Assembly: GCA_051002895.1 (NCBI GenBank)
Contig: JBPCLW010000042.1
Coordinates: 120,927-184,926 of the forward strand
Direction: 5' to 3'
Origin: Candidatus Dormibacteria bacterium
GTDB taxonomy: Bacteria > Chloroflexota > Dormibacteria > Aeolococcales > Aeolococcaceae
DNA length: 64,000 bases
Of the stretch, positions 9,331 to 18,564 are shown piece by piece (position 1 is the first letter of the stretch; each line of letters begins with the position of its first letter). A program made the position numbers and the translations under genes. The notes under the pieces were generated by a model. The model was given only the letters and a program-made list of their open reading frames with translations, was not told where the DNA came from and made no database searches.

Positions 9331-10056
9331 TCACCGGGATACTTCCGCAGCGACCACGGTAGCGTCGTCCAGGGAACCGGCGTCGATCGCGGCCTGGACC
9401 AACCAGTCGGTGCGCTGGACGATGGGCGCCTCTGCCATGACGGTGGCCGCGATGGTCTCATCGCTCAGAGCTTCCCAGACGCCGTCGGTGCAGAGGACTA
9501 GCAGATCCCCAGGAAGGAGGTCCACCTCAGTGATGTCAGGAGCCATCGCCTCGCCGAGGACGGCGCGGGTCACGATGTTGCGCTTGGGGTCATGGCGAGC
9601 AGCGCTCTCGGGAAGCAGGCCCGCCCGAATCTGCTCGCCCACCCAGCTGTGATCAGCGGTGACCGGAATCGCCAACCCGCCGCGCACGCAGTAGGCGCGG
9701 CTGTCGCCGAGGTTGGCGACCAGAGCCCCGCTACGGCTCACCCAGGCGACGACCAGGGTGGTTCCCGGGTGATCGCCAATGCGGTCGCGGAGCTGTGCCA
9801 CCGCGGCGTCGGCTGCTGCCACCGCGCCTCCGAGCCGTGGCCGCGGATCGCCGGGGCCGGCGAGGATGAGCGCCGACGCACTCACCGCGGCGTCGGCCGC
9901 TTCGGCACCCCCGGCGTGGCCGCCCATCCCGTCTGCAATGACGATCACGACGTCGCCGTTGGCGGCGGCAAACGCGGCGAAGCGGTCCTGATTCTCAGTG
10001 CGGATCGGACCCTTCTCGCTGTGCCCTGCGGCAAGGATCCCGCCGCTCTCCACCAT
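9331..10056 (-). CDS. PP2C-family Ser/Thr protein phosphatase
   Basis: RTENQDRF...ADGMGGHAGG...LCTDGVW PP2C motifs; start trimmed to MVESGG. Confidence 0.8.
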   Translation of the reverse strand: MVESGGILAAGHSEKGPIRTENQDRFAAFAAANGDVVIVIADGMGGHAGGAEAADAAVSASALILAGPGDPRPRLGGAVAAADAAVAQLRDRIGDHPGTTLVVAWVSRSGALVANLGDSRAYCVRGGLAIPVTADHSWVGEQIRAGLLPESAARHDPKRNIVTRAVLGEAMAPDITEVDLLPGDLLVLCTDGVWEALSDETIAATVMAEAPIVQRTDWLVQAAIDAGSLDDATVVAAEVSR

Positions 10057-10202
10057 GGTGCGAGTGCTCCCCGACTGTGGGGACCTCATGGCGTCAGAAT
10101 CGCCGGTCATTCTTGTCTCCATGGGGAATGTCGCGCGAGTGATCTTGTGTCAGCGTTGCTATAATATGCAGCGTCGCCCCAGACCTTACTTGGAGGACTC
10201 CT

Positions 10203-10379
10203 ATGAGTGGTGAATTCGACGAAGCCAGCGGAAAAGTGAAACAGGCGGCCGGTGATCTCACAGATGACCATGAGTTGAAGCACGAAGGCGACCGTCAGGA
10301 GGGTGCTGGGAAGGTCAAGCAGTTCGGAGACAAGGTCAAGGACAAGATCGACGACGCCGCGAACAAGGTCAAGGACTGA
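10203..10379 (+). CDS. csbD: CsbD-family general stress protein (58 aa; below the ORF-track cutoff)
   Basis: My own translation gives MSGEFDEASGKVKQAAGDLTDDHELKHEGDRQEGAGKVKQFGDKVKDKIDDAANKVKD. GGAGG RBS, and TATAAT about 40 nt upstream. Confidence 0.7.
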   Translation: MSGEFDEASGKVKQAAGDLTDDHELKHEGDRQEGAGKVKQFGDKVKDKIDDAANKVKD

Positions 10380-10466
10380 TCGCAGTCCGGGGCAGGAAAC
10401 GGGGCGGAGCCACGCAGATGCGCCGCCCCGGTTCCGCGTCTGGCCACTCTCAGCGACGGTGGCCCG

Positions 10467-11111
10467 TCAGACAGTGCCGAAGTAGCGGTCTCCAAAGTCG
10501 CCAAGACCGGGAACGATGTACTTGCGCTCGTTGAGACAGCGGTCAACGGTCGCCGTGTGGATGCGCACAGTGGGATGTGCGGCGAGCACCGCCTCGATCC
10601 CCTCGGGCGCAGTCACCACGCAGGCCAGGCGGATGCTGGTGGCACGCTGCTCGAGGAGCAACTCGATGGTGGCAAGTGCCGAACCACCGGTGGCAAGCAT
10701 GGGGTCGAGGATGATGACCTCGGTGCCGGCCAATTGTGGCGGCAGTTTCTGGTAGTAGCTGCGGGCGACGGCCGTCGTCTCGTCACGCTCCAGCCCAACG
10801 AACCCCACTCGGCTCCCGGGAACGAAGTCGCTCATGGCTTCGAGCAGCGCGAGGCCGGCACGCAGGACGGGGACGAGGATGACGGGCCGGTCGAGCACCC
10901 TCCCGGTCGTTTCCTCGATGGGGGTGCGCACTGGGACCTCACGCGTTGGCAGGTCCTCGAGAACGTCGAGGGCGAGCACCTGCGCGATCAACCGGGCATG
11001 ACGCCGGAAGCTGTCGGTTTCGGTCTCGACGGAGCGCAGCGCCACTAGGGAGTGCTCGACAAGGGGGTGGACAACGACCCGCACCGGAGCCCGTCCCGCC
11101 GCAGTGGTCAT
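10467..11111 (-). CDS. upp: uracil phosphoribosyltransferase
   Basis: ILDPMLATGGSA PRPP-binding block and C-terminal YIVPGLGDFGDRYFG; trimmed to MTTAAG. Confidence 0.9.
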   Translation of the reverse strand: MTTAAGRAPVRVVVHPLVEHSLVALRSVETETDSFRRHARLIAQVLALDVLEDLPTREVPVRTPIEETTGRVLDRPVILVPVLRAGLALLEAMSDFVPGSRVGFVGLERDETTAVARSYYQKLPPQLAGTEVIILDPMLATGGSALATIELLLEQRATSIRLACVVTAPEGIEAVLAAHPTVRIHTATVDRCLNERKYIVPGLGDFGDRYFGTV

Positions 11112-11551
11112 CGGGCGCGCTTTCCTCGCGATGCGTCCGAGCGTCCGGCGCTTCCGTTCCGCCGGTCGCCACCCGAGGGCGCACGTCTGGATCCGCGCGG
11201 GGATGCTGCGCGACGAGTTCCGTTCCCGGGCCCGCGACCGCCAGCCCCCGTTGCAGGGCCCTTGACGCCACCCGCCATACCGCGCTTGGCGCCCGCGCCA
11301 GGGCGCCGCTTGTCTGCGGACCCGCGCCCGGCACCGGGACGGCGATCCGCCGGGCGGGGTGGAGAACCCTCCCACGTCGACCTCTCCTCGCCGCTCTCAA
11401 CGATCGCCTGTTCGATGCGACGGAGCATCTGTCCGAGGTGCGCAACCCGCCGCGACGTTGCATCGAGCTGCTCGACCATCGTCTCATGCGCCTGTCGGGC
11501 ACGAGCGACCATGCGTTGCATCGACCACGGGTCGCGCTCTTCTCTTGCCAC
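11108..11551 (-). CDS. small protein with helical N-terminus and Arg/Gly-rich disordered tail, translationally coupled to upp
   Basis: AAGGAGG RBS 7 nt before the GTG at 11551; its stop forms an ATGA overlap with the upp start. The low-complexity tail could also be a GC artefact. Confidence 0.35.
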   Translation of the reverse strand: MAREERDPWSMQRMVARARQAHETMVEQLDATSRRVAHLGQMLRRIEQAIVESGEERSTWEGSPPRPADRRPGAGRGSADKRRPGAGAKRGMAGGVKGPATGAGGRGPGNGTRRAASPRGSRRAPSGGDRRNGSAGRSDASRGKRAR

Positions 11552-11652
11552 GGCGACACCTCCTTGGGGGCGCGGCAACGGCGCCCCAGGGAGTTGTACA
11601 GGAATCGCGACGACCACCGCGTCAGATCACGGCGAGGCGCTAGGCTCCCTCC

Positions 11653-12513
11653 GTGTCGCTGGCCATCGCCCTCTTCTACGGAGTCCTCCAGGGGGCCACC
11701 GAGCTCTTTCCGGTGTCCTCGCTCGGGCACGCAGTGGTCGTCCCGCCCCTTCTCCGCCTTGGAGTGTCACAGACCGATCCCAGCTTCCTGCCCTTCCTGG
11801 TGCTGCTTCACCTCGGCACTGCTGCCGCCCTCGTCATCCTCTACTGGACGGAGTGGGTGCGCATCACCCGCGGCTTCGTGCGCGGGGCGTTGAGCGGCGA
11901 CATCAGCGGTCCGGATGAACGGCTGGCGATGCTCCTCGTGGTCGCCACCGTTCCCACGGGGATCATCGGTTTCCTCCTCGCCAAGCCCCTTCAGGCACTC
12001 TTCGCAGCGCCCCGCACGGTGGCAATCTTCCTCATCGTCAACGGCGGCCTCCTGCTCGGAGCCGAACTGCTCCGGCGCCGCGCCGAGCGGAGGGCGGGGA
12101 TCACGCGGCGAGACGCGAGTGTCGAGGCAGGTCGTTTTGGTTCGATCGACACCATGACCGTGCGCTCGGCAATGGTCATCGGCGCTTCGCAGATCCTCGC
12201 CCTTCTCCCCGGCATCTCCCGCTCTGGGGCCACCATGGCCGCCGGTCTGGTGGCCGGACTTCGCCACGAGGAGGCGCTGCGGTTCTCGTTCCTGCTGGCC
12301 ACGCCGATCATCCTCGCGGCCGGCGTTCTCGAGGTCCCCAACCTCGCCGGGGCTCCCGACCTCGGGACCTACATCGTCGGGGCCCTCGTCGCTGGCCTGG
12401 CCGCCTACGCGAGCGCCCGGTTCCTTGTCCGATACTTCCGCGTGGGTCGTCTCGACCCCTATGCCGCCTACTGCGCCCTCCTAGGCGTCACCGCACTCAT
12501 CGTCATCCACTGA
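11653..12513 (+). CDS. uppP: undecaprenyl-diphosphatase
   Basis: GISRSGATM motif and 8 predicted TM helices (BacA family). Confidence 0.9.
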   Translation: MSLAIALFYGVLQGATELFPVSSLGHAVVVPPLLRLGVSQTDPSFLPFLVLLHLGTAAALVILYWTEWVRITRGFVRGALSGDISGPDERLAMLLVVATVPTGIIGFLLAKPLQALFAAPRTVAIFLIVNGGLLLGAELLRRRAERRAGITRRDASVEAGRFGSIDTMTVRSAMVIGASQILALLPGISRSGATMAAGLVAGLRHEEALRFSFLLATPIILAAGVLEVPNLAGAPDLGTYIVGALVAGLAAYASARFLVRYFRVGRLDPYAAYCALLGVTALIVIH

Positions 12514-12530
12514 TCCACGAGGACACACAC

Positions 12531-12743
12531 ATGCAGACGAACACCCGCACCGGTAGCGGCCGCCAACTTGCCATTGCCCTCGTCGTTATCGCGATTCTCT
12601 TCTTCGCGGCGGCGATCTTCTACGCGACGCAGGAAACCTCCTTGCTCGCATCGGGCACCGGAATCCACTACAAGCACGCAGTGCTCGCAGCCGGTCTCGG
12701 CGTGCTCTCGCTGATCGGCGCCAACGTCGCCCGCCGCCGCTAA
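12531..12743 (+). CDS. small membrane protein (70 aa), hypothetical
   Basis: GAGGA RBS; two hydrophobic helices. Confidence 0.4.
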   Translation: MQTNTRTGSGRQLAIALVVIAILFFAAAIFYATQETSLLASGTGIHYKHAVLAAGLGVLSLIGANVARRR

Positions 12744-12769
12744 GCCGGCCGCGGCCCAGGCAGAGTTGA

Positions 12770-12842
12770 TCGGGGCGCCCAGGCTCGAACTGGGGACCTC
12801 CAGCTCCCAAAGCTGGCACGCTACCAACTGCGCCACGCCCCG
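12770..12842 (-). tRNA. tRNA-Pro (anticodon TGG)
   Basis: Reverse complement cggggcgtggcgcagttggtagcgtgccagctttgggagctggaggtccccagttcgagcctgggcgccccga folds as a cloverleaf: anticodon loop TTTGGGA, T-loop GTTCGAGCC; no encoded CCA. Confidence 0.8.
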
Positions 12843-12916
12843 AATGCCGCAAGCATAGCGGCGACGCGACCGGGCAACGCCCGCGGTGGACCCCAGCGTT
12901 CAGACTTCCCGCAGCC

Positions 12917-14110
12917 ATGGACATCCTCGACGTCATCCTCGTTGCGCTGGTGGCCCTCCTCGCCTACTCGGGGTACCGCCGGGGCCTCACCTGGGGCGGC
13001 CTCTCCGCGATCGGGCTCATCGTCGGCTCGGTGACGGGTGCCCTGCTGGCGCCACCGGTGACGCAGTGGCTCGCCAGCGGTCGCGGAAACAGCGCGCGGC
13101 CGCTTGTGGCAGCAGGCGTGTTCCTGGGCAGCGTCCTCATCATCCAAGGCATCGGCACCGCGGTGGGATTCCGACTTCGTACTCGCACCGTGCGCGGCCG
13201 CTTTCGTCGCTGGGACTCGATTGCGGGCAGCGTGGCCGGGGGATTCGGGGTGATCTTCACCGCCTGGTTTCTCGCCTTCGTCTTCGTTGACGGGCAGACG
13301 CCGTGGGTCAGTCAGCAGGTCCGCGACTCCGCCATTGAACGGGCTCTGGCGACAGTCGGGCCCACCCAGCCTCCGCTCGCCGCCAACGTCAGGAGATTCC
13401 TCAGCGATCAGGTGACCCCTTTCGCCAGCTTCAATCGTAGCGATCTGGCACCCCAACCCATCCCCGCGGAACAGCGCACCCCGGGTGTGCAGCGCGCGTA
13501 CGGCGCGGTGTCGAGGGTCATCGCATCCTCCTCGAATTCCCAGTGCTCCGGGTCCGAGGCGGGCTCAGCCTGGCCACTGACGGCCGACCATCTCGTTACC
13601 AATGCCCACGTTGTGGCCGGTTCTGACCATATCGAGGTCGACATTCCTGACGGTCGTACCCTGACCGCGCACCTCGTGCTCTTCGACTCCGACGTCGACA
13701 TCGCCATCCTCGAGGTGCCCGGTGCCGCCCTCTCACCCCTGCCGCTGGCACCGGATCCTGCCACCGTCGCGCAGCCGGCCGCGGGGATCGGCTATCCCCA
13801 GGGAGGCGCCGAAACGCTGTACCCGGCCGCAGTGCGCGGCGTCGAAGACGCCAGGGGCTACAACATCTACTACGAGAACAGCAGGCTCACCCGCAACATC
13901 GTGGTGATCTCGGCCCGGGTCATTCCGGGGGATTCCGGGGGCCCGCTCCTCGACCTGAGCGGCAGGGTCATCGGTCTGACCTTCGGCTCCTCACCCAACC
14001 AGGACGATGCGGTCGGCTACGCCCTGTCCGTGGCCGAGATCACGCCCGCGTTGCAGCAGGGCCGCAGCAGCAACACCGAGGTCTCCTCGGGTCGCTGCCC
14101 GCAGGGGTGA
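12917..14110 (+). CDS. membrane-anchored trypsin-like serine protease (CvpA-like 4-TM domain + chymotrypsin fold), MarP/Rv3671c-like
   Basis: N-terminal 4 TM helices; C-terminal TADHLVTNAHVV...DIAIL...GDSGGPLL His/Asp/Ser catalytic triad blocks. Confidence 0.8.
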   Translation: MDILDVILVALVALLAYSGYRRGLTWGGLSAIGLIVGSVTGALLAPPVTQWLASGRGNSARPLVAAGVFLGSVLIIQGIGTAVGFRLRTRTVRGRFRRWDSIAGSVAGGFGVIFTAWFLAFVFVDGQTPWVSQQVRDSAIERALATVGPTQPPLAANVRRFLSDQVTPFASFNRSDLAPQPIPAEQRTPGVQRAYGAVSRVIASSSNSQCSGSEAGSAWPLTADHLVTNAHVVAGSDHIEVDIPDGRTLTAHLVLFDSDVDIAILEVPGAALSPLPLAPDPATVAQPAAGIGYPQGGAETLYPAAVRGVEDARGYNIYYENSRLTRNIVVISARVIPGDSGGPLLDLSGRVIGLTFGSSPNQDDAVGYALSVAEITPALQQGRSSNTEVSSGRCPQG

Positions 14111-14240
14111 TCACTCCAACTGTCGGGGCTGCGGCGATGTTGAGTCGCAGCCGTCGTCCCAACCTGTGGGGCTCGCATAGCGCATTGAGCGACATGGGCA
14201 GACAGCCCCGGACTCACACCGCCGATCGCCGATCCCAAAA

Positions 14241-14327
14241 TGGTGCCGGGAAAGGGAATCGAACCCTTACGCCCTTACGAGCACAGCGCTCTGAACACTG
14301 CGTGTCTACCAGTTCCACCACCCCGGC
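14241..14327 (-). tRNA. tRNA-Leu (anticodon CAG), CCA encoded
   Basis: Reverse complement gccggggtggtggaactggtagacacgcagtgttcagagcgctgtgctcgtaagggcgtaagggttcgattccctttcccggcacca has a long variable arm and anticodon loop TTCAGAG. Confidence 0.8.
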
Positions 14328-14360
14328 ACGGACAATCGATCCTATCAGGCGCCTCTCGAC

Positions 14361-15917
14361 TCAGTGATGCCAGGCCGCCACGGTGGCAAAGCGATTGGCG
14401 CTGCTCGGCACTGTCACACCAGCGAGATCGGCGCGGGTGATGAAGCTGACCTCCGGCGTATACAGAAAGACGGCGGGCAAATCATCGGCGAGTTGGGCTT
14501 CAACGTGGGCGATCGCCTGGCGGCGCTGATCGATGTCGCTCAGCGTGGTCAAACCATCGAGCTCCCGGTCCAAGAAGTAGTCGGGCGCGCCGCCCGATAC
14601 GTTGAACCCCCGCGGTGGCACGGCGTCGGAACGCCAGAACGATGAAACATCTGGATCGGCACTGTTGTCCCAGTCGGCAAGCGCCATGTCGAAGGCGCGC
14701 GACCCGAGAACGTCGGGCAGGAAACGTTCGGCTTTCACGGGAGTGACCTGCACCACGATGCCAAGGGGAGCCAGCTGCCTCGCCACCTCGGCCCCAACGT
14801 CGGGCAGCGGCGAGACGTTAGGGACGCTGAGGCGCAGAGTCAATGGCTGGCCGTCCTTGGCTCGGGGAGCCCCCGCCCACCCACCGGCGGCGAGACCTGC
14901 GGCGGCAGCGTCAAGCGAGCCGGGAGCCGGCGCAGCCGGGCCGATCCAAGCGATGGATGGGGGGACCGGACCTGACTGCGGACGCCCGACGCCACCCGCC
15001 ACCCGAACCAGGGTGGCCCGGTCGAGGGCGACAGCGATGGCTCGGCGCACCACGGGGTCGACGAGAGTGGGCGCATGCTCGTTGAAGACGAGATCGACGA
15101 AGCGGAACGTTGGCACTGCGGTGACGGTCCGGCCGCCGCCAGACACCCGAGCACGCTCCGCTGGCGACGTCGCCATAACAGCGTCGATACTTCCCTCATT
15201 GAGGAGCCGCGCAGCCTCGTCAATGCCGCTCACCAATCGCATCTCCAACCGGTGCAGTAGGAGGCTCCCCCCGGCGTGCTCATTGCCATCCAATTTCACA
15301 GTGGTGGCGTCGGCGGAGAGCACCCGATACCGCCCACTCGTCGCCATTGGCTCGGTGGCGTGCCCGGGCATTCCCTTGAGCTCGGTGGCACTTCGCCCGG
15401 CCAGAGGGAGGATGGGCAGGTCGGTGAGCATGACCGCGAACGCGGCGTGGGGTGCCGGCAGGGTGAAGACGAGAACCCGATTCTCCCCCCCCCCGGCTGC
15501 CACCTTCACCTTCGACCACGACACCCGCAGGGCGGAGTCCTCCTCAGCGGGGGACTGTACGAAGGCGAGGGTGGCGAGCACGTCGGTACTGGTGAGAGGT
15601 CGGCCGTCCGACCAGACCAGGTTCCCCGCCAGTGTCAGCGTGTAGGTGAGGCCGTCAGTGCTGACGACCACGTTGCTGGCCAGATCGGGGACAGGATAGG
15701 CGCGGCCGTCGAGTCGCAGGAGGCGGCGGTAGAGCAGCGTTCCCAGGTCGTGGACAGCGGTGTCGCCGGCCTGCACCAGCGGATTCAGCGAGAGGGGTCG
15801 GTGGGCAGCCACCAATCCCTCGCGGTACTCGGGCTTGACAGCGGCCGGACGCGCGTGGGTGATGAGGAGGGTGCTGAGAGCCACCGCGCCGATGGCACCG
15901 AGGCCGACCGCGGCCAC
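14361..15917 (-). CDS. ABC transporter substrate-binding protein, family 5 (peptide/nickel type), orphan
   Basis: SBP_bac_5-like sequence throughout. The listed 608-aa ORF overlaps secG in another frame, so the start is placed at GTG 15917 before a hydrophobic signal/anchor. Start uncertain. Confidence 0.7.
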   Translation of the reverse strand: MAAVGLGAIGAVALSTLLITHARPAAVKPEYREGLVAAHRPLSLNPLVQAGDTAVHDLGTLLYRRLLRLDGRAYPVPDLASNVVVSTDGLTYTLTLAGNLVWSDGRPLTSTDVLATLAFVQSPAEEDSALRVSWSKVKVAAGGGENRVLVFTLPAPHAAFAVMLTDLPILPLAGRSATELKGMPGHATEPMATSGRYRVLSADATTVKLDGNEHAGGSLLLHRLEMRLVSGIDEAARLLNEGSIDAVMATSPAERARVSGGGRTVTAVPTFRFVDLVFNEHAPTLVDPVVRRAIAVALDRATLVRVAGGVGRPQSGPVPPSIAWIGPAAPAPGSLDAAAAGLAAGGWAGAPRAKDGQPLTLRLSVPNVSPLPDVGAEVARQLAPLGIVVQVTPVKAERFLPDVLGSRAFDMALADWDNSADPDVSSFWRSDAVPPRGFNVSGGAPDYFLDRELDGLTTLSDIDQRRQAIAHVEAQLADDLPAVFLYTPEVSFITRADLAGVTVPSSANRFATVAAWHH

Positions 15918-15946
15918 GACCTCGATACGCCGCCGAGGCCTGCGGC

Positions 15947-16183
15947 TCAGCTGACCTGGATGTACGTCTCCACGATCGAGATCAGCACGAAGAGAAGGAT
16001 GAAGACTGCGGTGGCGCGCAGGAGGCCGCGCTCGATACCACGCCGCCGCCGGTAACCGCCCGATTCCACGCCACCACCACCGATGGTCCCCCCCAGGCCG
16101 GTCGCCTTGGGCGTCTGCAGCAACACGCCAAGGATCACCAGAACGGCGAGAACGTCCTGTGCGATGGGGAGGAGTGTCTTCAC
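15947..16183 (-). CDS. secG: preprotein translocase subunit SecG-like small membrane protein
   Basis: TM helix, then LLQTPKATGLGGTIGGGG motif, then a second TM helix; 78 aa. Confidence 0.55.
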   Translation of the reverse strand: MKTLLPIAQDVLAVLVILGVLLQTPKATGLGGTIGGGGVESGGYRRRRGIERGLLRATAVFILLFVLISIVETYIQVS

Positions 16184-16283
16184 GCAAGCGGGCCTCCAGG
16201 CAGAGATACGATCTCGGAGTATAGCCAGTGGAGCATGGCGGCCCGGTTCGCAGACCTACACATTATTGTGGTATCGTGGGCTC

Positions 16284-17310
16284 ATGCGTATGACCGGGAT
16301 CGCCCTCATCACTCTCCTCCTCGCCTCCTGCGCTGGCCCCGCCAGCGTTGGCAGCGAGAGCGCATTGCCCTCACCACCGTACATCGCCTCCACAACGGCC
16401 GTGGGACCAGATTGGGTCACGCTCATGCATGGGGGTGAGCCGACCGCGGATCGCATCCGGGTTCTGCTCGACCAAGCCCACACCCACATCGAGCTGGAGA
16501 TGTACGAGCTAGGTCGCGCCGATCTCGTCACCGCACTGCTCGCCGCCCACGCCCGGGGAGTGGCCGTCACGGTGATCATCGATCCCACCGTCGACGTCAG
16601 CGTTGCCGCCGAGCAGCGGCTTCGCGGCGGCGGTGTCGATGTCCTCGATTACCCGGTGCGGGCGCGAATGATCGACCATGTCAAGCTCCTCCTCGTTGAC
16701 ACGAGTGTTGCCGTCATGGGCGGCATCAACTGGGGCTCGGGGTCCTTCGCAAACCATGACTTCGACGTGGAACTCCGTGGTCCGGTGGTCGCCAACCTCG
16801 AGCGCGTGTACGCGCGCGATCTCGTCACCATTGGACGCCCAGCTGTGGTTCCGACCGCGATCATGGATCCGGCCGTGGTTGTTGCCACCACCGAACCCGC
16901 AGCAGAGATCAGGCCGCTCGCCCTTCATGTCATCGAGTCCGCCCAACGGATGCTCATCCTCGACCTCTACGTCCTCACAGACACCGGCATCGTCCACGCC
17001 ATCGAGCGCACCGCCGCGCGGGGCGTGACGGTTCGCGTGCTCCTCGACCCCGACCAGCGTCCCAGCGACGCGGCGGAATCAGCACTGCGCGCGGCCGGGG
17101 TTCCCGTCCGCCGCTACCGCAGCCACGGGGAGAAGCTCCACGCCAAGGTCGCCGTCGCCGACGAGCACCCGGGTGCTCCTGGGCAGCGCCAACTGGTCAA
17201 CCGCAGGTTTCCGCTCCAACCACGAGCTCGACATCGAGATGCCCAGTGCGCCCGAGGTGGGTTGCCTCATCGACGCGCAGGTGGAGGCCGACTGGGCCGC
17301 CAGCGCATAG
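16284..17310 (+). pseudogene. phospholipase D-family (HKD) lipoprotein, apparent +1 frameshift in the second HKD motif
   Basis: LLLASC lipobox. First HKD motif is HVKLLLVD. Second is HAKVAVADEH, then the frame breaks at the CCCGGG run (17168-17173), and VLLGSANWSTAGFRSNHELDIEMPS continues in the +1 frame to TAG 17308-17310. Confidence 0.6.
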
Positions 17311-17401
17311 GCCGCCCCTCGAACTTGGACGCGCGGCATGCCTCAGAAATACCCGACCATTGAGGTCGGAAAATGTCGCCCATGTGTCAGACTCGAGGCC
17401 C

Positions 17402-17899
17402 ATGGATATGCAGAACTTGTTCCGCTTTCCCAACCCGGTCAACGAGGTCTCGGCGCGCCTCGTCGCCGGCGCTGTGGCCGTGGCCGCCTGGACCACACTG
17501 CTCACCGGCTCGCCGCTCCTCCTCGTCCCCCTCGCCTACGGGTTCGTCGCCCGCGTGGCCACCGGCCCGACGCTGAGCCCACTCGGTCAGCTCGTCACTC
17601 GGGTGATCACCCCGGTGCTGCCGCTGGCTCCCCGCCCGGTGCCGGGACCACCGAAGCGCTTCGCCCAGGGGATCGGGGCCATCCTCACGGTGACCGCCGC
17701 CCTCCTCTACTTCGTCGTCGGTCAGCACGCTGCCGCCCTCGTACTGGTGGCCATGGTGGGCGCTGCCGCAACCCTGGAGTCGGTATTCGCCTTCTGCATC
17801 GGCTGTCGCATCTTCGATGTTCTCATGCGCGTTCACCTCATCCCTGCGTCCGTCTGCGAGGAGTGCGCGAACTTCGGCATGGCCCGGTCACGGGGCTGA
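17402..17899 (+). CDS. DUF4395-like membrane protein
   Basis: Four hydrophobic helices and a C-terminal CxxC...CxxC pair; start at MDMQNLF. Confidence 0.55.
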   Translation: MDMQNLFRFPNPVNEVSARLVAGAVAVAAWTTLLTGSPLLLVPLAYGFVARVATGPTLSPLGQLVTRVITPVLPLAPRPVPGPPKRFAQGIGAILTVTAALLYFVVGQHAAALVLVAMVGAAATLESVFAFCIGCRIFDVLMRVHLIPASVCEECANFGMARSRG

Positions 17900-17910
17900 C
17901 TGGCTAGTGT

Positions 17911-18564
17911 CTAGTGCGGGACCACCGCAACGAGCATGAAGACGTAGAAGCAGACACTGGCGGCGACCACCGCAAGGTGGAAGACCTCGTGGTACCCGAA
18001 CACGCGGGGAATGATCTGCGGTCGTTTGAGAGCGTAGGCGAGCGCACCGAGGGAGTAGAGAACACCACCGGCGAGGAGCAGCAGCGTGGCCGTTCCACCG
18101 GCGGCGATGAGTTGGGGGCCGACGAATACCGCAATCCAGCCCGATGCCACGTAGATGAGGGCCAGGAGCCGACGGTGTGAGGGGATGAGGCCGGCGGTGA
18201 GGACGATGCCGGCAGCCGATACTGACCAGATTGCCACCAGAATGCCGACCCGGAACCCACCCCGGAGGAGCACGGTGGCCACCGGCGTGTAGGTTCCCGC
18301 GGTGAGCAAGAAGATGTTGGCGTGGTCGATGCGGCGCAGCACCCGACGCCTGGGTGGGGACCAGTTGGGGATGTGATACACGGCGCTGACCCCGAATAGC
18401 AGCACCAGGGCGACGCCGTAGATACTCAGGGTCACGAGCTTCGTGATGTCGCCGCGGCTCAGCACCACCAGGACGACCAGCCCAACCGCGGCCCAGACAG
18501 CGGCCACTGCGTGGAGCCACCCACGCAGCAGGGGCTTCACCGACACCGCGGCACTCGTGCTCAC
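17911..18564 (-). CDS. trhA: hemolysin III / PAQR-family channel protein
   Basis: Seven TM helices; HIPNW...HANIFLLTAGTYTP...HEVFH His motifs. Confidence 0.8.
   Translation of the reverse strand: MSTSAAVSVKPLLRGWLHAVAAVWAAVGLVVLVVLSRGDITKLVTLSIYGVALVLLFGVSAVYHIPNWSPPRRRVLRRIDHANIFLLTAGTYTPVATVLLRGGFRVGILVAIWSVSAAGIVLTAGLIPSHRRLLALIYVASGWIAVFVGPQLIAAGGTATLLLLAGGVLYSLGALAYALKRPQIIPRVFGYHEVFHLAVVAASVCFYVFMLVAVVPH

Noticed and set aside
12886-13290. 134-aa ORF overlapping the 5' part of the marP-like gene in another frame. Similar cases: 28972-29391 and 29556-30281.
   Set aside because: Alternative-frame ORFs inside well-supported CDSs, typical of GC-rich DNA.
14240-14440. Small plus-strand ORFs 14107-14367 and 14240-14440.
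   Set aside because: They overlap tRNA-Leu(CAG) at 14241-14327; no coding signal.
16083-16283. Upstream extension of the PLD ORF (MVPPRPVALGVCSNTPRITRTARTSCAMGRSVF...).
   Set aside because: It overlaps secG on the opposite strand. The lipoprotein signal peptide with lipobox begins at the ATG at 16284.
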